Below are positions 45,928 through 56,197 of a DNA stretch of 64,000 bases, in pieces (position 1 is the first letter of the stretch; the number at the start of each line of letters is the position of its first letter). Source of the stretch: Patescibacteria group bacterium (GTDB taxonomy: Bacteria > Patescibacteriota > Microgenomatia > UBA8517); contig DASVCV010000004.1 of the NCBI GenBank assembly GCA_036381415.1, positions 33,572 to 97,571 of the forward strand, written 5' to 3'. The notes beneath the pieces are model-generated. The model worked only from the letters and a program-made list of their open reading frames with translations. It was not told where the DNA came from and made no database searches. The position numbers were made by a program, and so were the translations under genes.

Positions 45928-46452
45928 TTAATTGCTCTTAGTATTTATTTTACACTCTGCAAAGCTTCTATCAATAGCATTAATTATCATTTCAAACCTG
46001 GACTGGGCAATTTCAAGAGTGATTGCATTTTTTTCATTTGGAAACCAATGAAAGACCAGGTTCCTGCACTCACGCCAAGTTTCCCATAGAGTGTTTGCCA
46101 AGTCCTTACCTCCGCAATGCTGGGCAACTTTGTCATATATACTTTCAAAATCTGGAAAGTCTTTTCTAATGGCTGGATTTAGGGCCTTGCCAATTCTAAA
46201 GTGTTTGCCAAAATAATCCTCCTCACTTATAAAGCCCATGTCTAAAAAGAATTTCTTTAAAAAGCCTTCATAAGCCTTTGCTGCAGGAAAGACTACAAAT
46301 GAATAGTCGTGGAACTTTTCTCCCCAGGAAGGAACTAGAGTAAGAAGAATTTGGGACTCATGAAGAAGTTCTGTTAGATCTTCCTCAATATAGTTTGCCC
46401 AAGGTTTTTCTTTTATAGAAATATCTTGACTTGGTCCAAAGTTAACATCCAT
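45928..46452 (-). CDS. HEPN-like (RNase LS/RnlA-type) domain protein
   Basis: DYSFVVFPAAKAYEGFLKK and an Rx4H motif, RNLVFH. Confidence 0.55.
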   Translation of the reverse strand: MDVNFGPSQDISIKEKPWANYIEEDLTELLHESQILLTLVPSWGEKFHDYSFVVFPAAKAYEGFLKKFFLDMGFISEEDYFGKHFRIGKALNPAIRKDFPDFESIYDKVAQHCGGKDLANTLWETWRECRNLVFHWFPNEKNAITLEIAQSRFEMIINAIDRSFAECKINTKSN

Positions 46453-46478
46453 ATTAATTTTAAAGTATAATTGAAGAT

Positions 46479-48785
46479 ATGGTAGAAAAGAAAGAAGGTC
46501 AAGTAGAGAAGAAGGCTAAAGAGGCTAAGGAAAGGAAAGAAATCAAAGAAAAAATTCTTAAAAATGTGACTGGAAAAGAAAAAAAAGGAAATATATTTAA
46601 GAGGTTTTTCAGAAACACCCATTTAATTAAATTTATTGTTTATTGGGGAGGTGTAGCTGCAGTATTAGTATGGCTTTTCTGGGGACTGCCTAATCCAACA
46701 AAGCTAGGACAAAATGCACCAGTATCAACTAAAATCTTTGACAGAAGTGGAAAGCTTATTTATGAGATTTATGCTGATAAACAACGCACTCCGGTAAAAT
46801 TGTCTGATTTGCCAACCTATGTTCCTCAGGCAACAATTGCTATTGAAGATAAAGACTTCTACAAAAATTATGTGCTATCACCTACCGGAGTAATTAGGGC
46901 AGTTTATAACACTATATTTAAGGGAAGTCTTCAAGGAGGATCCACTCTTACTCAACAGCTTGTTAAAAATGCATTTTTATCACCTGAAAGAACTATAAGA
47001 AGAAAAATCAGGGAATTTGTACTGGCTATGGCGGTTGAGGCTCTATATAGTAAGAATCAGATTTTAGAGACTTATCTAAATGAAATCCCATATGGATCTA
47101 CTGCATATGGAATAGAGGCTGCAAGCGAACTTTACTTTGCAAAACCTGCAAAGGATTTGGATATTGCTGAAGCTTCATTACTTGCTGGGCTAACCCAAAG
47201 CCCAACTGCATACTCCCCTTTTGGGGCACACCCTGAACTTGCACAACAAAGACAAAAGGAAGTTTTAAGAAGAATGGTGGAAGATAAATACATAACGCAG
47301 GAGCAAGCAGATAATGCAAGTAAGGAGGAACTTAAATTTGCACAGCCAAGAGCAGCACAAGCACCTCACTTTGCTTTATGGATTAAGGACCAGCTTGTAC
47401 AAAAGTATGGAGAACTAATGGTTGAACAAGGAGGTTTAAGAGTAGAAACTACTCTTGATCTTGATTTACAAAATTTTGCACAGGATGCAGTTGCTACTGA
47501 GGTAGGAAAATTAAAAGGATTAAATGTTAAAAATGGCGCAGTGCTTGTAACACATCCTCAAACTGGTGAGGTATTGGCAATGGTAGGAAGCAAAGACTAC
47601 TTTGCAACAGATGAAGATGGAAAAGTAAATGTAATATTTGCACCTCGCCAACCTGGATCATCAATTAAGCCGCTTAACTACGCACTTGGTTTAAAGGATA
47701 AAAAGATAACAGCAGCTACAATATTGGCTGATGTGCCAACTTGTTTTTCTGTAGCAGGACAGGCAGGATATTGTCCAGTCAACTATGATGGAAAGTTTCA
47801 TGGAGGGGTTGGGGTAAGATTTGCATTGGGCAACTCTTTTAATATCCCTGCAGTACGCGTTCTTGCATTAAACCATGTTGATAATTTTATTAACTTTGCA
47901 AATTCATTAGGTATTTCAACTTTTAAGGACCCTTCTCAATATGGACTTTCTCTTACTCTTGGAGGAGGAGAAGTAACTGTATATGACATGGCTGAAGCAT
48001 ATGGAGTATTTGCTAATGGCGGACTTAAAGTTCCACTTGTTGCAATTACTAAAGTAAGTGATTGGACAGGAAAAGTTCTAGAAGAAACAAAGGTTCAAGA
48101 TACTGAGGGAGATAGAGTTTTATCAAATGATGTGACTTATTTAATTTCACACATACTTCTAGATAATAACGCCAGAACTGAGGCTTTTGGATCTAGCTCA
48201 TACTTAGTAGTATCAGGACACCCTGAAGCTTCTGTTAAAACTGGTACAACGAATGACAGAAGGGATAATTGGACAATCGGATATACTCCACAGATAGTCG
48301 TTGCTACTTGGGTAGGAAATAATGACAATACACCAATGTCTGGAGCAGTATCTGGAATATCAGGTGCATCCCCTATTTGGAACAAGGTTATTAAAAACGC
48401 ATTAGATAAAAGTGAAAAAGGAACTTATGACAAAGAAGATGACGGACATGCGTGGCCAAAGCAACCTTCAAATGTAGTTGGGGCTACCATTTGTGCAAAC
48501 ACTGGATTTGTTCCAACAGGACCAAAAGACAATCCGGGTTGTCCAACAAGATTTGAGTATTTTATAGATGGCACTGTACCTGCTTCCAAGGATCCAGACA
48601 AGACTGATCTACAACTTGATAAGACAACTCATGCAGTTGCATCTAGCAAAGAAGTACAAGAACATCCAGAATTTGTGGAAACTCAAAATCACCCTGTTAT
48701 ATTTGACCCACTTAAAACTTTAATTTGTCTTGATTGTGCAATGCCGACAGATCCAGTCTTTATTGGATATCCTTTTAATTATTAA
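46479..48785 (+). CDS. class A penicillin-binding protein (PBP1A family)
   Basis: Transglycosylase EDKDFY, GGSTLTQQ and RKIRE; transpeptidase SSIK, SFN and KTG. Confidence 0.95.
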   Translation: MVEKKEGQVEKKAKEAKERKEIKEKILKNVTGKEKKGNIFKRFFRNTHLIKFIVYWGGVAAVLVWLFWGLPNPTKLGQNAPVSTKIFDRSGKLIYEIYADKQRTPVKLSDLPTYVPQATIAIEDKDFYKNYVLSPTGVIRAVYNTIFKGSLQGGSTLTQQLVKNAFLSPERTIRRKIREFVLAMAVEALYSKNQILETYLNEIPYGSTAYGIEAASELYFAKPAKDLDIAEASLLAGLTQSPTAYSPFGAHPELAQQRQKEVLRRMVEDKYITQEQADNASKEELKFAQPRAAQAPHFALWIKDQLVQKYGELMVEQGGLRVETTLDLDLQNFAQDAVATEVGKLKGLNVKNGAVLVTHPQTGEVLAMVGSKDYFATDEDGKVNVIFAPRQPGSSIKPLNYALGLKDKKITAATILADVPTCFSVAGQAGYCPVNYDGKFHGGVGVRFALGNSFNIPAVRVLALNHVDNFINFANSLGISTFKDPSQYGLSLTLGGGEVTVYDMAEAYGVFANGGLKVPLVAITKVSDWTGKVLEETKVQDTEGDRVLSNDVTYLISHILLDNNARTEAFGSSSYLVVSGHPEASVKTGTTNDRRDNWTIGYTPQIVVATWVGNNDNTPMSGAVSGISGASPIWNKVIKNALDKSEKGTYDKEDDGHAWPKQPSNVVGATICANTGFVPTGPKDNPGCPTRFEYFIDGTVPASKDPDKTDLQLDKTTHAVASSKEVQEHPEFVETQNHPVIFDPLKTLICLDCAMPTDPVFIGYPFNY

Positions 48786-48898
48786 TAAATTATTAAAATA
48801 AAATAATAATAGCTGCAAACTCATCTATATTATCGGATATAAAACTTTTGCAAAACTTCCTCTTCCTTCAAGCATGAACCATTGCTACAATATGGGCC

Positions 48899-51658
48899 AT
48901 GTCTAAACAAAAGAAAAAGTTTGCCAGGGACAACAAAAAAAAGATATTGAAAAAAAGTTTAAAGAAGCGCACATTAAAGATAGATGGGGCAACGAAACTA
49001 GAAACAAAAAGAAAAGCTAGAAAGAAAAACTCCAAAAGTGCTTTTAGGAATCTCTTCTCTACCCTTAATACTGTCGGTAAACCATTTTATTTAATTATTG
49101 TTTTTGTTGTAATTACTATTTTATTTGTTGCTTATCTTATTGGACATACAATAAGCATCACTACTAAGAAAATTTATTTATTTGTTGGTAAAGTCTATTA
49201 TTTAATCTTTAGAGAACTTGCTCCAAACTTATTCAAGTCTCTTTCAAGATTTAGCACTGGCCTAAAATCAAAACTATTATCTGTTTTTAAATCATTTGGA
49301 AGAAAAGCAATTGATATTAAAAATAAAATTAAAAGCGTAAAAGTGGCATTGCCTTCCACTTCCCCACACTTTCCAAACGTAGAGACTGTAAGTGTTCCCT
49401 CTTTAAAGGTACCAGCCTTAAGTTTTCCAATTAAGAAGGCAGATTTTTTTGAAAAGATTAAGAACTTAAAAAATAAAATTCATATTGGTTTTAGGTTACC
49501 TAAACTTAAAATTCCTAAAAAACCTTTAACGATTTCATTTTCTTTACTTCCCTTTAAAGCTGGCAGAAAAACAAAAATTGTTTTTGTGCTACTAACCTTA
49601 CTTTTTGCTTTCGGATTTACATTTTGGTACACCATTTTGAAAGATCTTCCACAGCCTAATGAGTTAGTTAACAGGAAAGTACAAGTATCTACAAAAATAT
49701 TAGATAGAAATGGAGTTTTACTTTATAAAATATATAAAGACCAAAATAGAACTCCTGTTTCATTGTCTCAAATTCCTCTTCAGGTGCGGGCTGCAACACT
49801 TGCTGCTGAAGATGCCGGGTTTTACTCCCATGCTGGAATATCTTTAAAAGGAATTGCAAGATCTATTTGGGTTGACATAACAAAAGGACAGCTAACTGGA
49901 GGATCAACTATTACTCAGCAGCTTGTTAAAAATGCTCTACTTTCTCCAGAGAAAACTTTCACAAGAAAAATTAAAGAAGTTGTTCTTTCTGTTGAAACAG
50001 AACTTACTTACTCTAAAGATCAAATACTTGAAATGTATTTAAATGAAGTGCCATATGGAGGAACTGCTTTTGGAATTGAAGAAGCATCTAAACTTTATTT
50101 TGACAAAGATGTTGATAAATTAACTTTAGGCGAGGCTGCACTTTTAGCTGGACTTCCAAAAAGTCCAACAAGTTTCTCTCCTTATGGAGCTACTCCTGAT
50201 TTAGCAATAACTCGCCAAAAAGAGGTCTTAAGACTTATGAATGAGAATGGATTTATTACTAAAGATGAAATGGTTAAAGCCTTAGATGAGAAAATAACAT
50301 TTGCTCCTAACAGAATTGATATTAAAGCTCCTCACTTTGTGATGTATGTAAAACAGCAGCTAGCTAACAAATACGGAGAAGAGGCAGTTGAAACAGGAGG
50401 ATTAACTGTAACAACTACCCTTGACTGGCAGGTACAAAAGATGGCTGAGGAAGTTGTTAAAAAACAAATTGACGGACTAACCAATTACCATGTAGGAAAT
50501 GGAGCTGCGGTAGTACTTGATCCTAAAACCGGTGAGATATTGGCAATGGTAGGAAGCAAAGACTACTTTGATATTAAAAATGATGGAAATGTGAATGTAG
50601 TTATTTCACCACGCCAACCTGGATCATCAATTAAACCAATTACTTATGCATATGCACTTTCCCATGGATATACTCCTGCAACAATCATAAATGATTCACC
50701 TACTAAATTTGCAATACCAGGACAAGCTCCCTATATTCCAAAAAATTATGATGGACAATTTAGAGGAAATATTACTATTAGAAGTGCACTAGCTGAATCA
50801 AGAAACATTCCTGCTGTTAAGATACTTGCTACTTTTGGGGTGGAAAAACTAATTCAATTAGGACAAAAAATGGGAATAACTACCTGGAAAGACCCCTCTC
50901 AGTATGGGCTTTCTTTAACTCTGGGTGGAGGAGAAACAAAACTTCTTGATCTTGCACAAGCTTATGCAACTATTGCAAATTCAGGAACAAGACCTACTAT
51001 TTCTTCTATTTCAAAGGTTACTGATTATCAAGGAAAGATACTGGAACAAGACACCTGCAGAGAAACTCAAAAGCAAGGTGAAGTATATGCAGCTGAAAAT
51101 TCTGACAACACAGGGTGCAATACTGAGCAAGTACTTGATCCAAGAGTAAGTTATTTATTAATTGATATCTTAAGGGATAACAATGCCAGGGCTGCTGAAT
51201 TTGGACTGCACTCCTCTTTAGTTATCCCCAAACACCCTGAGGTGGCTGTAAAAACTGGAACAAGCAATGATTTAAAAGATAATTTAACTGTTGGATTTAA
51301 TCAAAAGTACTTAACAGCAGTATGGGTAGGAAATAATGATGGAAGTTCAATGAGTAGAATTGCATCAGGAATAACAGGAGCTGCTCCAATTTGGAATGAA
51401 ATAATGAGCAGACTTTTAGCAAATACTCCCTCTGTTGCCTGGGAGAAGCCAAAGGGAGTGTCTACACTTGCAATTTGCTCAATTACAGGAACACTTGCCT
51501 GTGAGGGGTGCTCAACTAGAAGCGAAGTCTTTTTAGATGAAAACAAACCACAATTTGCCTGCAAGCCTGATCAGATAGTAAAGATTGATGACAAAATTAA
51601 AAGAAGCGGAAGCGGACAGATCCTAGATGTTGCTGCAAGTACACAAAATCCCAACTAG
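48899..51658 (+). CDS. class A penicillin-binding protein with a long basic N-terminal extension
   Basis: EDAGFYSH, GGSTITQQ and RKIKE; SSIK, SRN and KTG. Confidence 0.95.
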   Translation: MSKQKKKFARDNKKKILKKSLKKRTLKIDGATKLETKRKARKKNSKSAFRNLFSTLNTVGKPFYLIIVFVVITILFVAYLIGHTISITTKKIYLFVGKVYYLIFRELAPNLFKSLSRFSTGLKSKLLSVFKSFGRKAIDIKNKIKSVKVALPSTSPHFPNVETVSVPSLKVPALSFPIKKADFFEKIKNLKNKIHIGFRLPKLKIPKKPLTISFSLLPFKAGRKTKIVFVLLTLLFAFGFTFWYTILKDLPQPNELVNRKVQVSTKILDRNGVLLYKIYKDQNRTPVSLSQIPLQVRAATLAAEDAGFYSHAGISLKGIARSIWVDITKGQLTGGSTITQQLVKNALLSPEKTFTRKIKEVVLSVETELTYSKDQILEMYLNEVPYGGTAFGIEEASKLYFDKDVDKLTLGEAALLAGLPKSPTSFSPYGATPDLAITRQKEVLRLMNENGFITKDEMVKALDEKITFAPNRIDIKAPHFVMYVKQQLANKYGEEAVETGGLTVTTTLDWQVQKMAEEVVKKQIDGLTNYHVGNGAAVVLDPKTGEILAMVGSKDYFDIKNDGNVNVVISPRQPGSSIKPITYAYALSHGYTPATIINDSPTKFAIPGQAPYIPKNYDGQFRGNITIRSALAESRNIPAVKILATFGVEKLIQLGQKMGITTWKDPSQYGLSLTLGGGETKLLDLAQAYATIANSGTRPTISSISKVTDYQGKILEQDTCRETQKQGEVYAAENSDNTGCNTEQVLDPRVSYLLIDILRDNNARAAEFGLHSSLVIPKHPEVAVKTGTSNDLKDNLTVGFNQKYLTAVWVGNNDGSSMSRIASGITGAAPIWNEIMSRLLANTPSVAWEKPKGVSTLAICSITGTLACEGCSTRSEVFLDENKPQFACKPDQIVKIDDKIKRSGSGQILDVAASTQNPN

Positions 51659-51676
51659 GAAGAAAAGCATTTATTC

Positions 51677-52729
51677 TTACTGCTCGGCATTAAAAACTAT
51701 TCTTGAAAGGTCTGGAATTATTGAATCAACCTCTTCTTCTTCCTCCCCTTTTGTCATGATTACTAAGACATATGGATTTCTTGAAAAGATTATTCCTCCA
51801 TCATGAGTTACTCCAGTATCACTTGCATATTTGTGTGCAACTACAATTCCAGAATCTACTCCTTTGGGAATTAGATTTTCATAGTCGGTATCAATAAGGG
51901 TGTCAAGAATTTCTTTTTTAGAAATATTAGACACCAGATCTCCTTTTTCTAGTTTAGAAAAAAGAAGTCCCATATCATATGGAGTGGTTACACTATCTTT
52001 GAATGATGTGTTTTGCATTCCTGCTAATTTTGTTATTTCATCAATTGAGTCCCAGCCTATTTGATTACCTAAAATATTAAAGGCAGTGTTATCGGAATCA
52101 TGCCCCATATATGAAACCAGATCTTTGTAGCTAATTGAGGTCCCGTCTGGGAGTCCAACAAGAACTCCAGCACCACCTACTTTTTCATAATTTCTTAAAA
52201 TATGAGTTGCCGAAAGGTCAATTTTACCTTTTTCTGCTTCTTTGTAGACTGCAATCATTAAAGGAACTTTAAAAAAGGATGCTCCTTCAAATTTTTCATT
52301 TTGATTAATTCCATAATTTTTACCTGAATCAAGTTCTATAATCTCAATACCATAGGTGCCTGGAAGATGTGCAATTTTGTCATTTAAGGCTTTTTTCATT
52401 TCATCTTTGGTTAAAAACTTGGAGTCTGATTTTCCTAATACAACTGGTCTATCGTTTGCTAAGTTAAATGAAGGCAAAGAAGGAAGAGAAATATTAAAAG
52501 ATGCTAGGTCAAGCTTTTTGCCTGAGAGGGTAAGAAAAAGAGAGGAAAGGACGGTAAAAGAAAGAACTCCAAAAACAGCAATCCTTTCTTTTTTACCCCA
52601 AGGTTTAGATTCTTCTTTTTTCTTCCTGGGCTTTCTTTTCTTTTTAGGTTTAAGATCCTCTTCTTTTCCTTTTTCTTCCTCATCAAGAGTTTCTTCATCC
52701 TTGTCTTTTTTTCTTCGAATTCCAAACAT
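51677..52729 (-). CDS. membrane-anchored class A beta-lactamase-like serine hydrolase
   Basis: ASFFK (SxxK), SDN, HKYA at the KTG position and HDGG. Confidence 0.85.
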   Translation of the reverse strand: MFGIRRKKDKDEETLDEEEKGKEEDLKPKKKRKPRKKKEESKPWGKKERIAVFGVLSFTVLSSLFLTLSGKKLDLASFNISLPSLPSFNLANDRPVVLGKSDSKFLTKDEMKKALNDKIAHLPGTYGIEIIELDSGKNYGINQNEKFEGASFFKVPLMIAVYKEAEKGKIDLSATHILRNYEKVGGAGVLVGLPDGTSISYKDLVSYMGHDSDNTAFNILGNQIGWDSIDEITKLAGMQNTSFKDSVTTPYDMGLLFSKLEKGDLVSNISKKEILDTLIDTDYENLIPKGVDSGIVVAHKYASDTGVTHDGGIIFSRNPYVLVIMTKGEEEEEVDSIIPDLSRIVFNAEQ

Positions 52730-52744
52730 ATCGGAGATTATACC

Positions 52745-53746
52745 TTATTTTCGCCTTTTTTCCCAAACTTCGGGGTTGACCAGATTTTGGGGTGTAACTG
52801 CCTTAAAAGTATCAATAATTGCTGATACAGCCTGCTGGCCCATTTTTTCCCTTGCTTCAAGAGTAGCTGAAGCTATATGAGGGGTAAGAATTACATTAGG
52901 CATGCCAATAAGTTCTGGATCAACATTTGGTTCATTATCAAAAACATCAAGAGCGGCCCCTCCCAATTTCCCACTTTTTAGAGCTTCAACTAAGTCTTTT
53001 TCACTTACAATTGGGCCTCTTGCGGTGTTAACTAAATAGCAGCCTGGTTTGAGTTTGGAAAACATTTGAGCGTTTACCATATGTCTTGTTTCGTCTGTTA
53101 ATGGAACATGAAGAGAGATAATGTCTGACTGGGAAAGAAGCTCTTCAAGGCTAGCAAACTTTGCTCCAGTTTCTTTTTCTACTTTAGGATCTGGCTCATG
53201 CTTGTTGTATAGCACATTCATACCAAAACCTTGAGAACGAAGCGCTACCATTGAGCCAATCCTTCCTAAGCCAATAATGCCAAGAGTTTTTCCTTTTAGA
53301 GTTGGACCTAGAAAGATGTCAGGTTCCCAACCATGGTATCCACCGCGACGAACAACTTCGTCTGATTCGACTACTCTTCTTGTTAGGCTTAAAATTAATG
53401 CCCAAGTGTGTTCAGCAACAGCTTCATTTACTTCATCAGAGGGTGTGTTTGTTACAACAATTTGCCTGTCTGTTGCTGCCTTAATTGCAATATTGTCAAA
53501 ACCAACTGCATAGTTTGAAATCATTTTTAGTTGTGGGCCTGCAACGTCCATCAAGTCTCCATCGACTCTATCTGTTAAAAGGCTAAGAAGTGCATCAATT
53601 GGTTTTTCTTTTAATTTATTAACCAATTCTTCCTGGGTCATTGGTCTTCCTAAGGCTGATACTTCAACTTCAAAGCCAGCATTTTTAAGTGCATCAAGGT
53701 GCTTGCCTGGGATACCTGGGACTTGTCTAGTTACGAAAATTCTCAT
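52745..53746 (-). CDS. D-2-hydroxyacid (glyoxylate/D-glycerate) dehydrogenase
   Basis: GLGRIG, NTARG, LDVF.NEP and TPHIAS. Confidence 0.93.
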   Translation of the reverse strand: MRIFVTRQVPGIPGKHLDALKNAGFEVEVSALGRPMTQEELVNKLKEKPIDALLSLLTDRVDGDLMDVAGPQLKMISNYAVGFDNIAIKAATDRQIVVTNTPSDEVNEAVAEHTWALILSLTRRVVESDEVVRRGGYHGWEPDIFLGPTLKGKTLGIIGLGRIGSMVALRSQGFGMNVLYNKHEPDPKVEKETGAKFASLEELLSQSDIISLHVPLTDETRHMVNAQMFSKLKPGCYLVNTARGPIVSEKDLVEALKSGKLGGAALDVFDNEPNVDPELIGMPNVILTPHIASATLEAREKMGQQAVSAIIDTFKAVTPQNLVNPEVWEKRRK

Positions 53747-53762
53747 TGTTATTTAGTTTAAT

Positions 53763-54770
53763 CTAAAACTGCTGCGCTTGCACACCACTACTTTTACACA
53801 TTTCAAGCCATTGATGCATGTCAGATTCTTTAATTAAGCCTTTTTGAGGACCAGTATATCCAATAACTGAAGCTGAATTGGATGTTCCCCAAAGGAGAGC
53901 TTCTTCAATAGGTTTGCCCTTAATAAAAGCAGAAAGAAAACCTGAGCCAAAAGCATCACCTGCTCCTGTTCTTTCATATGGATCAACGGGTAATATTCCA
54001 ACTTTTAAGAATATGCTTCCATTAAAAATAAAAGAACCATTTCCACCATCGGTAATTACTGACATCTTAGGACCTAATTTAGAAAAAGCAGTTAAAAGCT
54101 CTTTTTCTTTTCCAGAAGATTGAGGTGAGTTAGTTAATTTCTCTGCTTCTTCCCTGTTTACAAAAACTATATCTGTTCTTTTTAAAATATCCCCTATTCC
54201 TTCTAAGCCAGATTTCAGCTGCCAAGAACCAGGATTAAAAGCAAGTTTTACTGTGGGATTTTTAATTAGCCAATCATAGAGATGTTTATAAAAAGGCTTA
54301 AAAGATTCTCCCATTGAGGTTAAGTAAACCCATGGGGTAACAGGAAGAGCAACTGGAAACTCATATGAGCGGGGTGCATGGTAGGTAAAAATGGTTCTTT
54401 CTCCTGAATAATTAATGACTATGGAATAGTTAGAAGTGGTAGCAGGCTGCTGGATAACATAGGTCAAGTCAACTTTTTCTCTTCCTAATGAATCTATAAT
54501 TTGGTTTCCAATGCTATCTGTTCCAAGAGTTAAAACGATTGCAGTTTTTACTCCTAACCGGGTAGCTCCTACTGCATTATTTGCTGCATTTCCTCCTGAA
54601 GAGAGCTCTAGGTTTTTAACAGGAATTTTATCTCCATATGAAAAGCAAATTAAACACTCTTTTGTGTCAAGCTTACAAGAAGTTTCAGATTCAGTTGGAG
54701 TTACAAAGGAATCAATTGATGCATCCCCAATTGAAAGAAGTTGAAAATTATTATTTTCCATATCGAGCAA
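53763..54770 (-). CDS. PfkB/ribokinase-family carbohydrate kinase
   Basis: GGNAANNA, NREEA and TGAGDAFGSG. Confidence 0.92.
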   Translation of the reverse strand: MLDMENNNFQLLSIGDASIDSFVTPTESETSCKLDTKECLICFSYGDKIPVKNLELSSGGNAANNAVGATRLGVKTAIVLTLGTDSIGNQIIDSLGREKVDLTYVIQQPATTSNYSIVINYSGERTIFTYHAPRSYEFPVALPVTPWVYLTSMGESFKPFYKHLYDWLIKNPTVKLAFNPGSWQLKSGLEGIGDILKRTDIVFVNREEAEKLTNSPQSSGKEKELLTAFSKLGPKMSVITDGGNGSFIFNGSIFLKVGILPVDPYERTGAGDAFGSGFLSAFIKGKPIEEALLWGTSNSASVIGYTGPQKGLIKESDMHQWLEMCKSSGVQAQQF

Positions 54771-55716
54771 GTGAGTTCATTTTAGCACGGGCTAAAAATG
54801 CTTCTTGGGCTGCTTTAACATTTTCACTTTTACCTGCCCAGATTTTAAGAGCAGAGTTCTGAAGAGCACGGCCATATGAGAAAGAAAGCTGCCAAGGAGC
54901 ATTGCCTACTTTATTTAGCTGCCTTAAGTTGTCGGTTGCTTCCTCTTCAGTCTGGCCACCTGAGAGAAATACAATACCAGGTACATCTTGCGGGACTGTA
55001 TCTTTTAAGACTTCAAGGGTTTTTTGAGCAACTTCCTCGGGATCCGGCTTATTGGGATTATCTTTACCAGGCAGAATCATATTTGGCTTAAGAAGCATTG
55101 CTTTAAAGTCCACACCTTTTTGGCTTAACTTTAGAAAGACTATTTTTAAAATAGAACGGGTTGTTTCATAGCACTTGTCCATTGAATGGACTCCATCCAT
55201 TAAAACTTCAGGTTCTACAATTGGGACAAGTCCTTCTGACTGAGAAAGAGATGCAAATTCAGCTAAAAGTCTGGCGTTTTCTTCAACAGCTTGAATGGAA
55301 GGATTAACTTCAGAAATTGTAAAGGCTGCACGCCATTTGGTAAATTTTGCACCTAGGGCACTATACTCTTTAAGTCTTGCCTGCAGTGATTCTATTCCCT
55401 TTGTTACTTTGTCTCCGGGGTAATTAGGAAAATCAGCTAATCCTTCATCTACTTTGATTCCGGAAATTACATTTGAATTGGTTAATACTTTTTGTTTGAG
55501 TGTTTCATCAAACTGAATAATTCCACTTATATATTCTTCTATGCCTGGAGTTGAAAATAAAAGTTCTCTATATGCACGCCTAGTTTGTTCGGTAGACTCA
55601 ATATTTATGGCTTTGAATCTTTTTTCAATTGTAGGAAAAGATTCATCAGCAGCTAAAATTCCTTTTCCAGGAGCAACTAAGTCATGAGCTGTTTTTTCTA
55701 AACCGGGCAGGTCCAT
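54751..55716 (-). CDS. class I fructose-bisphosphate aldolase (eukaryote-like family)
   Basis: GKGILAADES, KWRA, PIVEPEV, LLKPNM, FLSGGQ and FSYGRALQ. Confidence 0.95.
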   Translation of the reverse strand: MDLPGLEKTAHDLVAPGKGILAADESFPTIEKRFKAINIESTEQTRRAYRELLFSTPGIEEYISGIIQFDETLKQKVLTNSNVISGIKVDEGLADFPNYPGDKVTKGIESLQARLKEYSALGAKFTKWRAAFTISEVNPSIQAVEENARLLAEFASLSQSEGLVPIVEPEVLMDGVHSMDKCYETTRSILKIVFLKLSQKGVDFKAMLLKPNMILPGKDNPNKPDPEEVAQKTLEVLKDTVPQDVPGIVFLSGGQTEEEATDNLRQLNKVGNAPWQLSFSYGRALQNSALKIWAGKSENVKAAQEAFLARAKMNSLARYGK

Positions 55717-55750
55717 AAATTAAATTTAACACTTTTAATGCTACAATTGA

Positions 55751-56197
55751 ATGATGAAAAGCAGATTTCTGTTAATTTTTCTTATTTTAATTCTGGTAGC
55801 CGTAGTTATTGGGTGGTATTTAATTAGTAATAGGAGTCAACCAATTGTTGACACAATAGGACCCAGCCAAAATCCTAATATTTCTGTGATAGTTACCTCA
55901 CCCATTTATGGTTCCAAAATAGCGAGTCCTTTACTCATAAGTGGGACAGTACCACCTGGTTGGATGTTTGAAGGAACATTTCCTGTTAAGATTTTAGATT
56001 CAAAAAGAAATGTTATAGCTACTGGGATAGGAAAAGAAACCACTCCCGGCTCTTGGCAATCTCAAAACCCTGTTCAATTTAGCGCACAAATTTCTTTTAA
56101 CACCACTGATAGATCAGGTTTTGTATTAATAGAAAAAGATAATCCGAGTGGGCTACCTGAAAATGACAAGACATTTGAGATACCTGTGAAGTTCTAG
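55751..56197 (+). CDS. Gmad2-like Ig-domain exported protein
   Basis: TM helix plus WMFEGTFPV...KDNPSGLPE. Confidence 0.8.
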   Translation: MMKSRFLLIFLILILVAVVIGWYLISNRSQPIVDTIGPSQNPNISVIVTSPIYGSKIASPLLISGTVPPGWMFEGTFPVKILDSKRNVIATGIGKETTPGSWQSQNPVQFSAQISFNTTDRSGFVLIEKDNPSGLPENDKTFEIPVKF

